Numbered from the stretch's first letter, positions 1-10,581 are shown. The stretch: 32,000 bases of DNA from Xanthomonas campestris pv. campestris str. ATCC 33913 (GCF_000007145.1 NC_003902.1:1027436-1059435); one strand, 5' to 3'. The notes: generated by a model from the letters alone, not told the origin. Made by a program: numbers and translations.

Positions 1-350
1 GCACGCACTTCCAGGAACAGGTTGCCTTCATCGCGCGGGTCGCGCGGCACCAGCAACAGCGCCAGTTGCGCGTCCAGTTCGTCCAGTCGCGCTTGTGCGG
101 CGAGGATTTCTTCCTCAGCCAGCTCGCGCATTTCCGGATCGTTACGCATCGCCTCTGCCGCGCTCAGATCGGCTTTGGCGCGCGCCTCTTCCTGCATGGC
201 CAGCGCCACCGGTTCCAGCTGCGACAGTTCGCGCGACAGGCTGCGGAACTTGTCGTTGTTGCTGACCACCTCCGGATCGGAGAGCAGGTGTTGCAGTTCT
301 TCGCGGCGCTCGGCCAGCGCTTCGAGCTTACGGCGCAGGGTTGGCGTCAT
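1..350 (-). CDS. prfA: Peptide chain release factor 1, N-terminal part only; the rest of the gene lies beyond the window start
   Basis: Reverse-complement translation from ATG at 350-348 gives [41 protein letters not shown]...[11 protein letters not shown]...[19 protein letters not shown]. This is collinear with E. coli RF1 (KLEAL..ER.EE, DPEMRE, P.DP.DE.N.FLEVRA). It lies downstream of hemA as in E. coli. It is missing from the ORF track because it runs off the edge. Confidence 0.9.
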   Translation of the reverse strand, partial: MTPTLRRKLEALAERREELQHLLSDPEVVSNNDKFRSLSRELSQLEPVALAMQEEARAKADLSAAEAMRNDPEMRELAEEEILAAQARLDELDAQLALLLVPRDPRDEGNLFLEVR

Positions 351-1626
351 CAGTCCTCACGATCGGGGTAGCTACAGGGGGATGGCGGTAACCGGGTTTC
401 TCGGGGAATAGCCGGTCGGCCGCGCTGGTCAGGTCGAGGTCGTTGTTGAGCGCGGCATCGCGCAGTGCGGCGGTTGGCGGATGCAGCAGGCGGTTGGTCA
501 GCGCATGCGCCAACTGTTCCAGCACTTCATCGGCCGGCTTGCCGTTGCTCAATTGCTGCCGCGCCTTGGCCAGCAGTTCGTCGCGGGTGCTGTCGCCGAA
601 GGCACGCAGCCGTTTCAGTGGCGCCTGGCGCTCATTGGCCTGCAGCGTTTCCACATAGCGCGCCACCTGCAGGTCGATGATGGCTTCGGCCTGGTCGGCC
701 GCCTCGCGGCGGCTGCGGCGGTTGTCTTCCACCGCGCGTTCCAGGTCGTCCACCGTGTACAGGTAGGCGTCGCTCAGCTCGGCCACCGAGGCCTCGATAT
801 CGCGCGGCACCGCCAGGTCGAACAGCAGCATCGGCTTGCGCTTGCGCGTGCGCAGCGCCTGTTCCACCTGCACCCGGGTCACCACCGGCTCGCGCGCGGC
901 GGTGGCGGAAAACACCACATCGGCCTCGGCCAGGTGGCGATCCAGCTCGGTTAGCGGCAGCGCCACGCCGCCATGCTGGGTCGCCAGCGTCTGTGCGTGG
1001 GCCAGGGTGCGATTGGCGATCAACAGCCGCCGCACGCGGCCTTCGCTCAGATGCTTGGCCGCCAGTTCGATGGTCTCGCCGGCGCCCACCAGCAGCACCG
1101 TCGATTCATTCAGGCGTGCGAACGATTCCTGCGCCAGCCGCACCGCGGTGGATGCCACCGACACCGGGTTGGCGCCCACGCGGGTGTCGGTGCGTGCGCG
1201 CTTGGCCACCGAAAAGGTCTGCTGGAACAGCCGGTCCAGGCCACTGCCCAGCGCGCCGTGCGCGCGTGCCACCGCCCAGGCGTCCTTCACCTGGCCCAGG
1301 ATCTGCGGCTCGCCGAGCACCATGGAGTCCAGCCCGGTGGCCACGCGGAACAGGTGGCGCACCGCCTCGGCATCGCGGTGCTGGTACAGATAACCGCTCA
1401 GCCCGGGCGCGTGCATGTCCAGCCAGGCCACCAGCGTCTGCGGGTCGTCGGCCATCGCATACAGCTCGGTGCGGTTGCAGGTGGACAGCAGCGCGGCCTC
1501 GCGCACCTGCGGCAGGATGCGCAACGAATCGAGCGCGCGCGGTAACGCGTCACCCGCGAACGCCGCGCGTTCGCGCAGGTCCACGGGTGCGGTCTGGTGA
1601 TTCAGTCCGAGCACCCACAACGTCAT
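328..1626 (-). CDS. hemA: Glutamyl-tRNA reductase
   Basis: 432-aa ORF starting [19 protein letters not shown] and containing [10 protein letters not shown], the active-site Cys motif of HemA. It also has a GAGE NAD(P)-binding segment ([17 protein letters not shown]). The hemA-prfA synteny is conserved. Confidence 0.95.
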   Translation of the reverse strand: MTLWVLGLNHQTAPVDLRERAAFAGDALPRALDSLRILPQVREAALLSTCNRTELYAMADDPQTLVAWLDMHAPGLSGYLYQHRDAEAVRHLFRVATGLDSMVLGEPQILGQVKDAWAVARAHGALGSGLDRLFQQTFSVAKRARTDTRVGANPVSVASTAVRLAQESFARLNESTVLLVGAGETIELAAKHLSEGRVRRLLIANRTLAHAQTLATQHGGVALPLTELDRHLAEADVVFSATAAREPVVTRVQVEQALRTRKRKPMLLFDLAVPRDIEASVAELSDAYLYTVDDLERAVEDNRRSRREAADQAEAIIDLQVARYVETLQANERQAPLKRLRAFGDSTRDELLAKARQQLSNGKPADEVLEQLAHALTNRLLHPPTAALRDAALNNDLDLTSAADRLFPEKPGYRHPPVATPIVRTDDANPAP

Positions 1627-1691
1627 TGTTCAGTTGCTTGCGATAAGCTGCTGGCCATTCAGGGCCCCATTTTACGGCCCGGTTGCCCCCG

Positions 1692-3380
1692 ATGCCTGTA
1701 CCGATTCGCATCCTGAGTGTTCTTTTGCTGGCCACAGTGTCGACCAGCGCCATCGCAGCACCGAAAAAAGCACCGCCCGCCCCCCCGGCAGCCACTGCCG
1801 GCAGCGCCTCGCTGGAGCCAGTCCTGGCAGGCGAATTCGCCTTGCAGGCCGGGCAGTTGGACGAAGCAGCGCGCGCTTACCTGGATGCCGCCAAGGCCGA
1901 AGCCGGCGATGCCGGGCTGGCCGAGCGGGCCGCCCGCATCGCCATGCTGGCCAACGATGACGCGCGCGCCATCGAGGCCCTGGCCCTGTGGCGTGCCCGT
2001 GCGCCGTCGTCGCTGGCAATGCGTAGCACCGAAGCCTCGTTGGCCTTGCGCCGCAACGATCTGCGCACCGCACGCCGCGATCTGCTCGGCTTGCTCAAGG
2101 AGACCGACCCGCGCGGCTGGCGCTTCGCGCTGATCGCCCTGGCCAACGGCGGACGCGAGCCGGACGCTTCAGCCGATGTGCTCGAAGACCTGGTCAAGGC
2201 CGGCGCCATTCCCAATCAGATCGAGGCCTGGCAGGAGTTCGGCCGGCTCGCGCTGCGGATGGAGCGCCCGGCGCTGGCCAAGCGCATCGTCGACGAAGTG
2301 GTGCGCCGCTTCCCCGAAGAACCGCGCGTTGCCTTGCTGCACGCCACCCAGTTGCAGCAGGAAGGCAAGAACGACGAAGCGCTGGCGCTGCTGAAGAATG
2401 TCGAGCCGCAGGCGGTGAAGGACTCCGAACTGCGCGGCGCGCTGGCGTTCGCCTATGACGCGATGGGCCAGACCGAAGCGGCGGCACGGGTGCTGTCCAC
2501 CGGCCCGCAAGACACCCAGACCTACGGGCTGCGTGCCTCGATGCTGGCCAAAGAGAAGGACAACACCGCGCTGGCCGCGCTGTACGACGAGCTCAAGGGC
2601 AACGCGACCAAGCCCGATCCGGACCGCCGCCTGTTGCTGGGCAAGATCGCCGAATTCCTCAAGCGCTACGACGAGGCAGTGGAGTGGTACCGCGGCGTTC
2701 CGGGTGGCCCGCAGCTGAGCGAGGCACGCCTGCGCGCGGCCAGCGCCTTGTACGAACTCGGCCGCAAACCCGAAGCGCTCAAGGAAGCCCGTGCCTTGCA
2801 GGGCGATGCCAGTGCCGACGACGACGCCCGTCGCGACGCCTACGTGCTGGAGGCCGAGCTGCACCAGCGCGCCAACGATGCACCGGGCGAACTGGACGCC
2901 TTTGCCCGCGGGCTGGCGGCCTACCCGGACGACGGCGCGTTGCTGTACGCGCGTGGCCTGGCCTGGGAACGCCGTGACGATGTGCCGCGTGCCGAGGCCG
3001 ATCTGCGCAAGATCCTGGTCGCCGAGCCGGAAAACGTCGCCGCCCTGAATGCGCTCGGCTACACCCTGGCCGACCGCACCACCCGCTACAAGGAAGCGCT
3101 GGCGCTGATCGATCGCGCGCGCACGGCCGCGCCGGACAACCCGGCCATCGTCGACAGCTACGGCTGGGTGCTCTACCGCATGGGCCGCACCAAGGAAGCG
3201 CTGGTGCAGCTGCGTCGCGCCTGGGCCCTGGTCAAGGACCCGGAAATCGCCGCGCACGTGGGTGAAGTGCTGTGGGTCAGCGGCAAGCAGGACGAAGCGC
3301 GGCGTTACTTCGACGAAGCACGCCGGCTCGACCCGGACAACCGTGCGCTGCAGCGTGCGGTGGAGAAGTTCGGTCTATGA
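1692..3380 (+). CDS. Secreted or periplasmic tetratricopeptide-repeat protein of unknown function (about 562 aa; alternative TTG start at 1683)
   Basis: Long ORF with a Sec-type signal peptide ([24 protein letters not shown]). It carries repeated Ala/Leu/Tyr/Arg-rich helical TPR-like units, for example [26 protein letters not shown] and [20 protein letters not shown]. Its TGA stop overlaps the lolB ATG (ATGA). Confidence 0.8.
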   Translation: MPVPIRILSVLLLATVSTSAIAAPKKAPPAPPAATAGSASLEPVLAGEFALQAGQLDEAARAYLDAAKAEAGDAGLAERAARIAMLANDDARAIEALALWRARAPSSLAMRSTEASLALRRNDLRTARRDLLGLLKETDPRGWRFALIALANGGREPDASADVLEDLVKAGAIPNQIEAWQEFGRLALRMERPALAKRIVDEVVRRFPEEPRVALLHATQLQQEGKNDEALALLKNVEPQAVKDSELRGALAFAYDAMGQTEAAARVLSTGPQDTQTYGLRASMLAKEKDNTALAALYDELKGNATKPDPDRRLLLGKIAEFLKRYDEAVEWYRGVPGGPQLSEARLRAASALYELGRKPEALKEARALQGDASADDDARRDAYVLEAELHQRANDAPGELDAFARGLAAYPDDGALLYARGLAWERRDDVPRAEADLRKILVAEPENVAALNALGYTLADRTTRYKEALALIDRARTAAPDNPAIVDSYGWVLYRMGRTKEALVQLRRAWALVKDPEIAAHVGEVLWVSGKQDEARRYFDEARRLDPDNRALQRAVEKFGL

Positions 3381-4033
3381 GTCAGGTGATCAGGACGCTG
3401 GCCCTCACCGGGCTGGCGCTGGCCGGCCTGTCGGGGTGCGTCAGCGTGCCGCGCGGGCAGGGCGGTGCCGCGCCGGCGGTTGTGGGGCAGGTGAGCGAAT
3501 CCGCACAGCAGGCTGAAACCGCTCGCCAGGCCTGGCTGCAGGCACATCCGGCATGGTCGTTCCAGGGCCGGGTGGCGATCAGCAAGGGCCGCGATGGCGG
3601 CAGTGGCCGTCTCGACTGGCAGCAGGATGGCCCGCGCTACCACGTGCAATTGAGTGCGCCGGTGACCCGGCAGAGCTGGGTGCTGACCGGCGACACCACC
3701 ACGGGCGCAGGTCGCCTGGAAGGCCTGGACGGCGGGCCGCGCGCTGGCGCCGATGCCGAACAGGTGCTGTTGGAGGCCACTGGCTGGACCATTCCGGTCA
3801 ATCAGATGCCCGACTGGGTACGCGCCCTGCGCATCGCCGACGCCGGCGCCGCGCGCGTGGACCTGGACGAACACGGCCGGCCGCGCACCGTGCAGCAGGA
3901 CGGCTGGACCATCGATTTCCTCGAATGGACGCCCGCCAGCGCAGCCCAGCCCGAACTGCCGCGTCGGATCGAAGCGCGCAATGGCGACGCCAAGGTGCGC
4001 CTGCTGGTCGACCAATGGACGCTCTCGCCCTGA
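3377..4033 (+). CDS. lolB: Outer-membrane lipoprotein LolB (lipoprotein localisation receptor)
   Basis: The internal ATG of ORF 3272..4033 gives [21 protein letters not shown], with a lipobox L-S-G-C. Length is 218 aa. The layout resembles LolB (W.F.GR.A.....G..G...W.Q......L..P; C-terminal ...VRLLVDQW). It sits immediately upstream of ispE, as in other gammaproteobacteria. Confidence 0.8.
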   Translation: MSQVIRTLALTGLALAGLSGCVSVPRGQGGAAPAVVGQVSESAQQAETARQAWLQAHPAWSFQGRVAISKGRDGGSGRLDWQQDGPRYHVQLSAPVTRQSWVLTGDTTTGAGRLEGLDGGPRAGADAEQVLLEATGWTIPVNQMPDWVRALRIADAGAARVDLDEHGRPRTVQQDGWTIDFLEWTPASAAQPELPRRIEARNGDAKVRLLVDQWTLSP

Positions 4034-4902
4034 TGTCTGCGTCGAACCCTGCCTGGTCGGCCTGGCCTGCGCCGGCCAAGCTCAACTTGTTCCTGCAAAT
4101 CGTCGGGCGCCGCGCCGATGGCTATCACCTGCTGCAGACCGTGTTCCGCCTGCTCGACTGGGGGGACACCGTTCATGTTCGTTTGCGCACCGACGGCCAG
4201 ATCCAGCGCATTGGCGCCAGCCTGCCGGGCGTCGCCGAAGACGACGATCTCATGGTGCGTGCGGCGCGCGCGCTACAAATTCATGCCGGCACCGCGCTCG
4301 GGGCTGAGTTGCGGGTCGACAAGCGCATCCCCGCCGGCGGTGGCTTCGGTGGCGGCTCCTCGGATGCCGCCACCGTGCTGGTGGCCCTGAATGCCTTGTG
4401 GGGCCTGGGCTTGCCGGTCGACACCCTGGCCGAACTGGGCCTGCGCCTCGGCGCCGATGTGCCGGTATTCGTGCGTGGGCACAACGCCTGGGCCGAAGGT
4501 GTGGGCGAAAAATTGACCCCGATCAGCCTGCCGCAGGCGGCCTACGTGCTGGTCGACCCCGGTATTCACGTGCCCACGCCGGTCCTGTTTCAATCACAGG
4601 AATTGACGCGGGATGCTGCGCCCGCGAAAATAGCGGACTTCGCTTCCGGTTCTCTGCTCGACAATGCGTTCGAGCCGGTCCTGCGGCGCCGGGAACCTGC
4701 CATCGAGGCCGTGTTCCAGGCGCTTTCCAGGATCGGAACGCCACGTTTGACAGGGTCGGGGAGCGGTTGTTTCGTCGAATTCGCCACGCGCGCTGCTGCA
4801 GAGCAGGCCATGGCGCATTTGCCGGGCAACCTGCGGGCGTGGGTCGTGGAGGGTGCAGCGCACTCGCCATTGCTCGACGCACTGGACGCGATACAGGTTT
4901 GA
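4033..4902 (+). CDS. ispE: 4-diphosphocytidyl-2-C-methyl-D-erythritol kinase (alternative ATG at 4015)
   Basis: [38 protein letters not shown]... matches the E. coli IspE N-terminus ([28 protein letters not shown]). It also carries the GHMP-kinase motif [15 protein letters not shown]. The ORF-track start at 3553 is an in-frame upstream extension running through lolB. Confidence 0.9.
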   Translation: MSASNPAWSAWPAPAKLNLFLQIVGRRADGYHLLQTVFRLLDWGDTVHVRLRTDGQIQRIGASLPGVAEDDDLMVRAARALQIHAGTALGAELRVDKRIPAGGGFGGGSSDAATVLVALNALWGLGLPVDTLAELGLRLGADVPVFVRGHNAWAEGVGEKLTPISLPQAAYVLVDPGIHVPTPVLFQSQELTRDAAPAKIADFASGSLLDNAFEPVLRRREPAIEAVFQALSRIGTPRLTGSGSGCFVEFATRAAAEQAMAHLPGNLRAWVVEGAAHSPLLDALDAIQV

Positions 4903-4905
4903 TGC

Positions 4906-4982
4906 AGGGGCGTCGCCAAGAGGCCCAAGGCACCAGGTTTTGATCCTGGCATTCGTAGGTTCGAATCCTACCGCCCCTGCCA
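4906..4982 (+). tRNA. tRNA-Gln (anticodon TTG), CCA encoded
   Basis: Acceptor stem AGGGGCG/CGCCCCT. Anticodon stem CCAGG/CCTGG with loop TTTTGAT (TTG at 4940-4942). T-arm GTAGG-TTCGAAT-CCTAC, discriminator G plus CCA. It resembles E. coli tRNA-Gln. Confidence 0.9.
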
Positions 4983-4997
4983 GTTGTTGAGAATCGA

Positions 4998-5040
4998 TGC
5001 AGATCCCTCTGCACGCGCCGTACCTGCAGATCCCTCTGCA
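4998..5040. repeat. Two identical copies of the 16-bp palindrome TGCAGATCCCTCTGCA (4998-5013 and 5025-5040), 27-nt period
   Basis: Read directly from the sequence. Each copy is TGCAGA-N4-TCTGCA, and the copies are separated by 11 nt. The pair lies between tRNA-Gln and prs. Confidence 0.9.
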
Positions 5041-5166
5041 ATCGCCCGCGCATCTTATGCGGGAGTGAGGGAAAGCATGTGCGGATCCAAAAAAGCCTGG
5101 CTTGGCGCGCCGTTGTCCCGCTCCGCCATCGACCCGCACGCTCTTTGCCGCCGCCCGAGAGATCTC

Positions 5167-6126
5167 ATGCAAGACCAACGTAATCTGCTGGTGTTCTCCG
5201 GCAATGCCAATAAACCGCTTGCCCAAAGCATCTGCAAGGAGCTGGGCGTGCGCATGGGCAAGGCGCTGGTCACGCGCTTCTCCGATGGCGAAGTGCAGGT
5301 CGAGATCGAAGAGAGCGTGCGCCGGCAGGAAGTGTTCGTCATCCAGCCGACCTGCGCGCCCAGCGCCGAGAACCTGATGGAACTGCTGGTGCTGATCGAC
5401 GCGCTCAAGCGCGCCAGCGCCGCGTCCGTCACCGCAGTGATCCCGTATTTCGGGTATTCGCGCCAGGATCGCCGCATGCGCTCCTCGCGCGTGCCGATCA
5501 CCGCCAAGGTCGCCGCCAAGATGATCTGCGCGATGGAGGCCGACCGGGTGTTGACGGTCGACCTGCATGCCGACCAGATCCAGGGCTTCTTCGATGTGCC
5601 GATCGACAACGTGTACGCCTCGCCGCTGTTGCTGGCCGACATCTGGCGCGCCTACGGCACCGACAACCTGATTGTGGTCTCGCCGGACGTGGGCGGTGTG
5701 GTGCGCGCGCGCGCAGTCGCAAAGCGCCTGGACGATGCGGACCTGGCCATCATCGACAAGCGTCGCCCGCGCGCCAACGTCGCCACGGTGATGAACATCA
5801 TCGGTGACGTGCAGGGCAAGACCTGCGTGCTGGTGGACGACCTGGTCGATACCGCCGGCACCCTGTGCGCGGCTGCTGCTGCACTCAAGCAGCGTGGTGC
5901 GCTCAAGGTCGTGGCCTACATCACCCACCCGGTGCTGTCCGGCCCGGCGGTGGACAATATCAACAATTCGCAGCTCGACGAGCTGGTGGTCACTGACACG
6001 ATCCCGCTGAGCGCGGCGGCACGCACGTGCCCCAAGATTCGCCAGCTGAGCGTGGCCGAACTGCTGGCCGAGACCATCCACCGCATCGCCTTTGGCGAGT
6101 CGGTCAGCTCGCTCTACGTCGACTGA
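5167..6126 (+). CDS. prs: Ribose-phosphate pyrophosphokinase (PRPP synthetase)
   Basis: Internal ATG gives [28 protein letters not shown]..., 319 aa. It has the PRPP-binding loop [12 protein letters not shown] and the motifs RQDRR and [11 protein letters not shown]. The ORF-track start at 4984 is an upstream extension. Confidence 0.95.
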   Translation: MQDQRNLLVFSGNANKPLAQSICKELGVRMGKALVTRFSDGEVQVEIEESVRRQEVFVIQPTCAPSAENLMELLVLIDALKRASAASVTAVIPYFGYSRQDRRMRSSRVPITAKVAAKMICAMEADRVLTVDLHADQIQGFFDVPIDNVYASPLLLADIWRAYGTDNLIVVSPDVGGVVRARAVAKRLDDADLAIIDKRRPRANVATVMNIIGDVQGKTCVLVDDLVDTAGTLCAAAAALKQRGALKVVAYITHPVLSGPAVDNINNSQLDELVVTDTIPLSAAARTCPKIRQLSVAELLAETIHRIAFGESVSSLYVD

Positions 6127-6234
6127 CAGGTTCTTCGGCATCCGGATGTCCGGGTGCCGCAATCCGTCTCTCCTGGTCGCGGGGGAGACGCTTCATCGCC
6201 GCGAGGCGGTGTTCCAACTAGGTAGTGAAATCCA

Positions 6235-6864
6235 ATGGCAAAGACTCATGAAATCAAGGTCGAGCGCCGCGCAGACGAGGGGAAGGGTGCGAGCCGCCGC
6301 CTGCGTCACGCTGGCGTCATTCCGGCCATCGTTTACGGTGGCGAACTCGAGCCGGTCAGCATCCAGCTCAACCACGAGCAGATCTGGCTTGCGCAGCAGA
6401 ACGAGTGGTTCTACTCGTCGATCCTCGACCTGAACCTCAATGGCGACGTGCAGCAGGTACTGCTGCGTGACATGCAGCGCCATCCGTTCAAGCAGCTGAT
6501 CATGCACATCGACTTCCAGCGCGTCAGTGCCAACGAGAAGCTCAGCGCTTCGGTGCCGCTGCACTTCATCAACGAAGCAATCTCGCCGGCTGGCAAGTCG
6601 AGTGAAGTGGTCGTGACCCATGAGCTCAACGAAGTCCAGGTGGTCTGCCTGCCGAAGGACCTGCCGGAGTTCATCGAGATCGATCTGAGCACGCTGGAAG
6701 TGGGCGCCGTGATCCACTTGTCGGAAATTACCCTGCCGGCCGGCGTGGAGATTCCCGAGCTGAAGCTGGGCAAGGAACACGACGTGGCAGTGGTCATCGC
6801 CAAGCACGGTCAGGTGGAAGCCGACGACGTGGCTGACGAAGCCGCTGAAGGCGACGCCAAGTAA
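6235..6864 (+). CDS. rplY: 50S ribosomal protein L25, long Ctc form
   Basis: 209-aa ORF with RRLRHAGVIPAIVYGG (L25/Ctc N-terminal motif) and an acidic C-terminal tail. The prs-rplY-pth-ychF synteny is typical. Confidence 0.9.
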   Translation: MAKTHEIKVERRADEGKGASRRLRHAGVIPAIVYGGELEPVSIQLNHEQIWLAQQNEWFYSSILDLNLNGDVQQVLLRDMQRHPFKQLIMHIDFQRVSANEKLSASVPLHFINEAISPAGKSSEVVVTHELNEVQVVCLPKDLPEFIEIDLSTLEVGAVIHLSEITLPAGVEIPELKLGKEHDVAVVIAKHGQVEADDVADEAAEGDAK

Positions 6865-6914
6865 TCGGCTGGCCGGTGCTGCGTCACTGCGCAGCACCGG
6901 CTCCGGTATACCGT

Positions 6915-7496
6915 ATGTCTGCATTACGTCTGATCGTCGGGCTGGGCAATCCCGGTCCCGAACACGCGCAAACCCGGCACAACGCCGGGTTTCGTTTCGT
7001 CGATGCGCTCGCCGAGCGCACCGGCGCACGGTGGGGCCTGGACAGCAAGCTGTTCGGCGAAACCGCCAAGGCCGAGATCGCCGGCCACACGGTGTGGTTG
7101 CTCAAACCCGCCACTTTCATGAACCTAAGTGGCAAGTCGATCACTGCTGCGCTGCGGTTCTGGAAGATCGAGCCTGAGCAGCTGCTGGTTGCGCATGACG
7201 AGCTGGACCTGGCGCCGGGCACGGCGCGGCTCAAGTTCGACGGCGGCCATGGCGGCCAGAATGGCCTGCGTGACACCATCCGTCTGCTCGGACATGGCAA
7301 GTTCCACCGGCTGCGGGTCGGCATCGGTCACCCTGGTCACAAGGACCGCGTGGTGCCCTGGGTGCTGGGTCGTGCCGGGCGCGACGACGACATGGCGATC
7401 GGCGAGGCAGTGGATGCGGCCATCGATGCGCTGCCGCTGGCACTGGACGGTAATTTCAACGAGGCGATGAAGCGGTTGCACACCCCAAAAAAATAG
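6915..7496 (+). CDS. pth: Peptidyl-tRNA hydrolase
   Basis: Internal ATG gives [26 protein letters not shown]..., 193 aa. It contains HDELDL..G..R.K.GGGHGG.NGL and HRLR.GIGHPG, collinear with E. coli Pth. Confidence 0.9.
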   Translation: MSALRLIVGLGNPGPEHAQTRHNAGFRFVDALAERTGARWGLDSKLFGETAKAEIAGHTVWLLKPATFMNLSGKSITAALRFWKIEPEQLLVAHDELDLAPGTARLKFDGGHGGQNGLRDTIRLLGHGKFHRLRVGIGHPGHKDRVVPWVLGRAGRDDDMAIGEAVDAAIDALPLALDGNFNEAMKRLHTPKK

Positions 7497-7555
7497 AGAA
7501 TGGGGAATGGGGAATGGTAGGAGCGCTGCTCTGCCATTCCCCATTCCCGATTCTC
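7496..7555. repeat. 60-nt near-perfect inverted repeat built from GGGGAAT heptamers
   Basis: Left arm GAGAATGGGGAATGGGGAATGG (7496-7517). Right arm CCATTCCCCATTCCCGATTCTC (7534-7555). There is 1 mismatch in 22 nt and a 16-nt spacer TAGGAGCGCTGCTCTG. An A7 run immediately precedes it. Confidence 0.9.
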
Positions 7556-7572
7556 CATTCACTGGACAACCC

Positions 7573-8664
7573 ATGGGTATCAAATGCGGCATCGTCGGCC
7601 TGCCCAACGTCGGCAAGTCGACCCTGTTCAATGCCTTGACCAAGGCCGGCATCGCCGCGGCCAATTTTCCGTTCTGCACCATCGAGCCCAACGTGGGCGT
7701 GGTGCCGGTTCCGGATCCGCGTCTGAATGAGCTGGCCGAGATCGTCAAGCCGCAGAAGCTGATTCCGACTGCGGTCGAGTTCGTCGATATCGCCGGCCTG
7801 GTGGCGGGTGCGGCAAGCGGCGAAGGGCTGGGCAACAAGTTCCTTGCGCACATCCGCGAGGTCGATGCGATCACCCACGTGGTGCGTTGCTTCGAGCATG
7901 CCGACATCATCCACGTGAACAACAAGGTCGACCCGATCGCCGATATCGAAACCATCGATACCGAGTTGGCGCTGGCCGACCTGGATAGCGTGGAAAAAGC
8001 CCTGAATCGTGCCGAGCGCAGTGCCAAGGGTGGCGATAAGGAAGCGGCAGCACGCAAGCCGGTGCTGGCCAAGTTGCAGGCGGCACTTGCCGACGGCAAG
8101 GCAGGACGCTCCGCTGGTCTGGACGAGGAAGAGAAGGCGCTGGTGCGCGATCTGTTCCTGCTCACGCTCAAGCCGGTGATGTACATCTGCAACGTGCTCG
8201 AAGACGGGTTCGAGAACAATCCGCACCTGGATGCCGTGCGTGCGCATGCCGCCACCGAAGGCGCCGAGGTCGTGCCGGTTTCCGCTGCGATCGAAGAAGA
8301 GTTGTCCCAGCTCGACGATGCCGACCGCGACACCTTCCTGGCCGATCTCGGTCTCGACGAGCCGGGCCTGAATCGCGTCATTCGCGCTGCCTACAAGTTG
8401 CTCGGGCTGCAGACCTACTTCACTGCGGGCGTCAGGGAAGTGCGTGCCTGGACGGTCAAGGCCGGTTCCACTGCGCCGCAGGCGGCCGCCGTGATCCATA
8501 CCGACTTCGAGAAGGGCTTCATTCGCGCCGAGACGATCGCCTTCGATGACTTCATCAAGTATCGCGGCGAATCCGGTGCGCGCGACGCGGGTCGGCTACG
8601 TCTGGAAGGCAAGGAATACCGCGTCAAGGAAGGCGACGTGCTGCATTTCCGCTTCAACGTCTGA
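7573..8664 (+). CDS. ychF: Ribosome-binding ATPase YchF (Obg-family GTPase/ATPase)
   Basis: Internal ATG gives [23 protein letters not shown] (P-loop), 363 aa. The C-terminal TGS-like domain ends ...[15 protein letters not shown]. Confidence 0.95.
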   Translation: MGIKCGIVGLPNVGKSTLFNALTKAGIAAANFPFCTIEPNVGVVPVPDPRLNELAEIVKPQKLIPTAVEFVDIAGLVAGAASGEGLGNKFLAHIREVDAITHVVRCFEHADIIHVNNKVDPIADIETIDTELALADLDSVEKALNRAERSAKGGDKEAAARKPVLAKLQAALADGKAGRSAGLDEEEKALVRDLFLLTLKPVMYICNVLEDGFENNPHLDAVRAHAATEGAEVVPVSAAIEEELSQLDDADRDTFLADLGLDEPGLNRVIRAAYKLLGLQTYFTAGVREVRAWTVKAGSTAPQAAAVIHTDFEKGFIRAETIAFDDFIKYRGESGARDAGRLRLEGKEYRVKEGDVLHFRFNV

Positions 8665-8725
8665 GGCGATGCGCGCGGCCCGCAGGGGCGTGCGCCATCT
8701 TCGGTGAAATTGCTCCAAATTTTTG

Positions 8726-8754
8726 TTGACACCGCATGCGTCCCACAACAAAAT
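8726..8754 (+). promoter_or_regulatory. Candidate sigma70 promoter for the tRNA-Tyr/Gly/Thr-tuf transcription unit
   Basis: TTGACA (8726-8731), 17-nt spacer, CAAAAT (8749-8754). It is preceded by an A/T-rich stretch, AAATTTTTG. The match was found by eye only, and the -10 assignment is ambiguous. Confidence 0.35.
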
Positions 8755-8815
8755 AGTGGGCTGCTTCACCCCGAACCGAATCGCTTTATCGCGCCCCGGT
8801 CCGGTAGTAAAAGCT

Positions 8816-8901
8816 GGAGGGATACCCAAGCGGCCAACGGGGGCAGACTGTAAATCTGCTGGCTTACGCCTTCGGTGGTTCGAATCCACCTCCCTCCACC
8901 A
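8816..8901 (+). tRNA. tRNA-Tyr (anticodon GTA), long variable arm, CCA encoded
   Basis: Acceptor GGAGGGA/TCCCTCC. Anticodon loop CTGTAAA. T-arm GGTGG-TTCGAAT-CCACC. Total length 86 nt. Confidence 0.9.
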
Positions 8902-8930
8902 GTTTCATGTTGTGTCTTGCAGTTCCCGGC

Positions 8931-9004
8931 GCGGGAGTAGTTCAACGGTAGAACCTCAGCCTTCCAAGCTGATGGTGCGGGTTCGATTCCCGTCTCCCGC
9001 TCCA
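8931..9004 (+). tRNA. tRNA-Gly (anticodon TCC), CCA encoded
   Basis: Acceptor GCGGGAG/CTCCCGC. Anticodon stem TCAGC/GCTGA with loop CTTCCAA. T-loop GGTTCGATTCC. Confidence 0.9.
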
Positions 9005-9037
9005 TTGAACGTAAATGCATGGCATAATGCAAAACTC

Positions 9038-9113
9038 GCTCACGTAGCTCAGTCGGTAGAGCACCTCCTTGGTAAGGAGGAGGTCGAAGGTTCGATTCCT
9101 TTCGTGAGCACCA
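9038..9113 (+). tRNA. tRNA-Thr (anticodon GGT), CCA encoded
   Basis: Acceptor GCTCACG/CGTGAGC. D-arm GCTC-AGTCGGTA-GAGC. Anticodon stem CCTCC/GGAGG with loop TTGGTAA. T-loop GGTTCGATTCC. Confidence 0.9.
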
Positions 9114-9159
9114 TTACTCAATCGTCTTCAACTCCAAACGATTACCGAGACACGCACCC

Positions 9160-10350
<1,191 letters not shown>

Positions 10351-10394
10351 GTGCCTGCATCCAGTCGCCTCGCGGCGGCTGGATTCAAGCGAAT

Positions 10395-10432
10395 GGCGGG
10401 CCGGCTGAACCTCGGTCCGCCTTCGTTGTCTT
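10395..10432 (+). terminator. Possible intrinsic terminator after tuf copy 1
   Basis: Stem GGCGGGCCG (10395-10403) pairs with CGGTCCGCC (10413-10421), with one G.U pair. It is followed by T-rich TTCGTTGTCTT. An additional hairpin, ATCCAGTCGCC-TCGC-GGCGGCTGGAT, lies just upstream. Confidence 0.4.
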
Positions 10433-10456
10433 AGGGTGTGCGGTAAACGAGTACAT

Positions 10457-10532
<76 letters not shown>

Positions 10533-10581
10533 CTCCTCTTTCCGGCCCAGTAATTCGGGTCAGATCGGTAACTAGAGCCGG

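Noticed and set aside
22-411. 129-aa and 101-aa plus-strand ORFs at the window start
   Set aside because: They are antisense to the prfA N-terminal coding region, which translates into a clear RF1 sequence. The translation is Ser/Ala/Arg-rich and low in complexity.
3553-4032. Long N-terminal extension of the ispE ORF (449 aa in the track), overlapping lolB in another frame
   Set aside because: The extension is Arg/Pro/Gly-rich and lacks similarity to IspE. The conserved IspE N-terminus ([10 protein letters not shown]) begins just after the ATG at 4033. lolB, with a clear lipobox, occupies this DNA.
4594-6162. 522-aa minus-strand ORF across ispE 3', tRNA-Gln and prs
   Set aside because: It is antisense to prs and runs straight through a tRNA gene. 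It has no recognisable domain. It is a high-GC antisense artefact.
7125-8499. Two overlapping minus-strand ORFs (418 aa and 347 aa) opposite pth and ychF
   Set aside because: They are antisense to well-supported CDSs, overlap each other in different frames, and have low-complexity translations.
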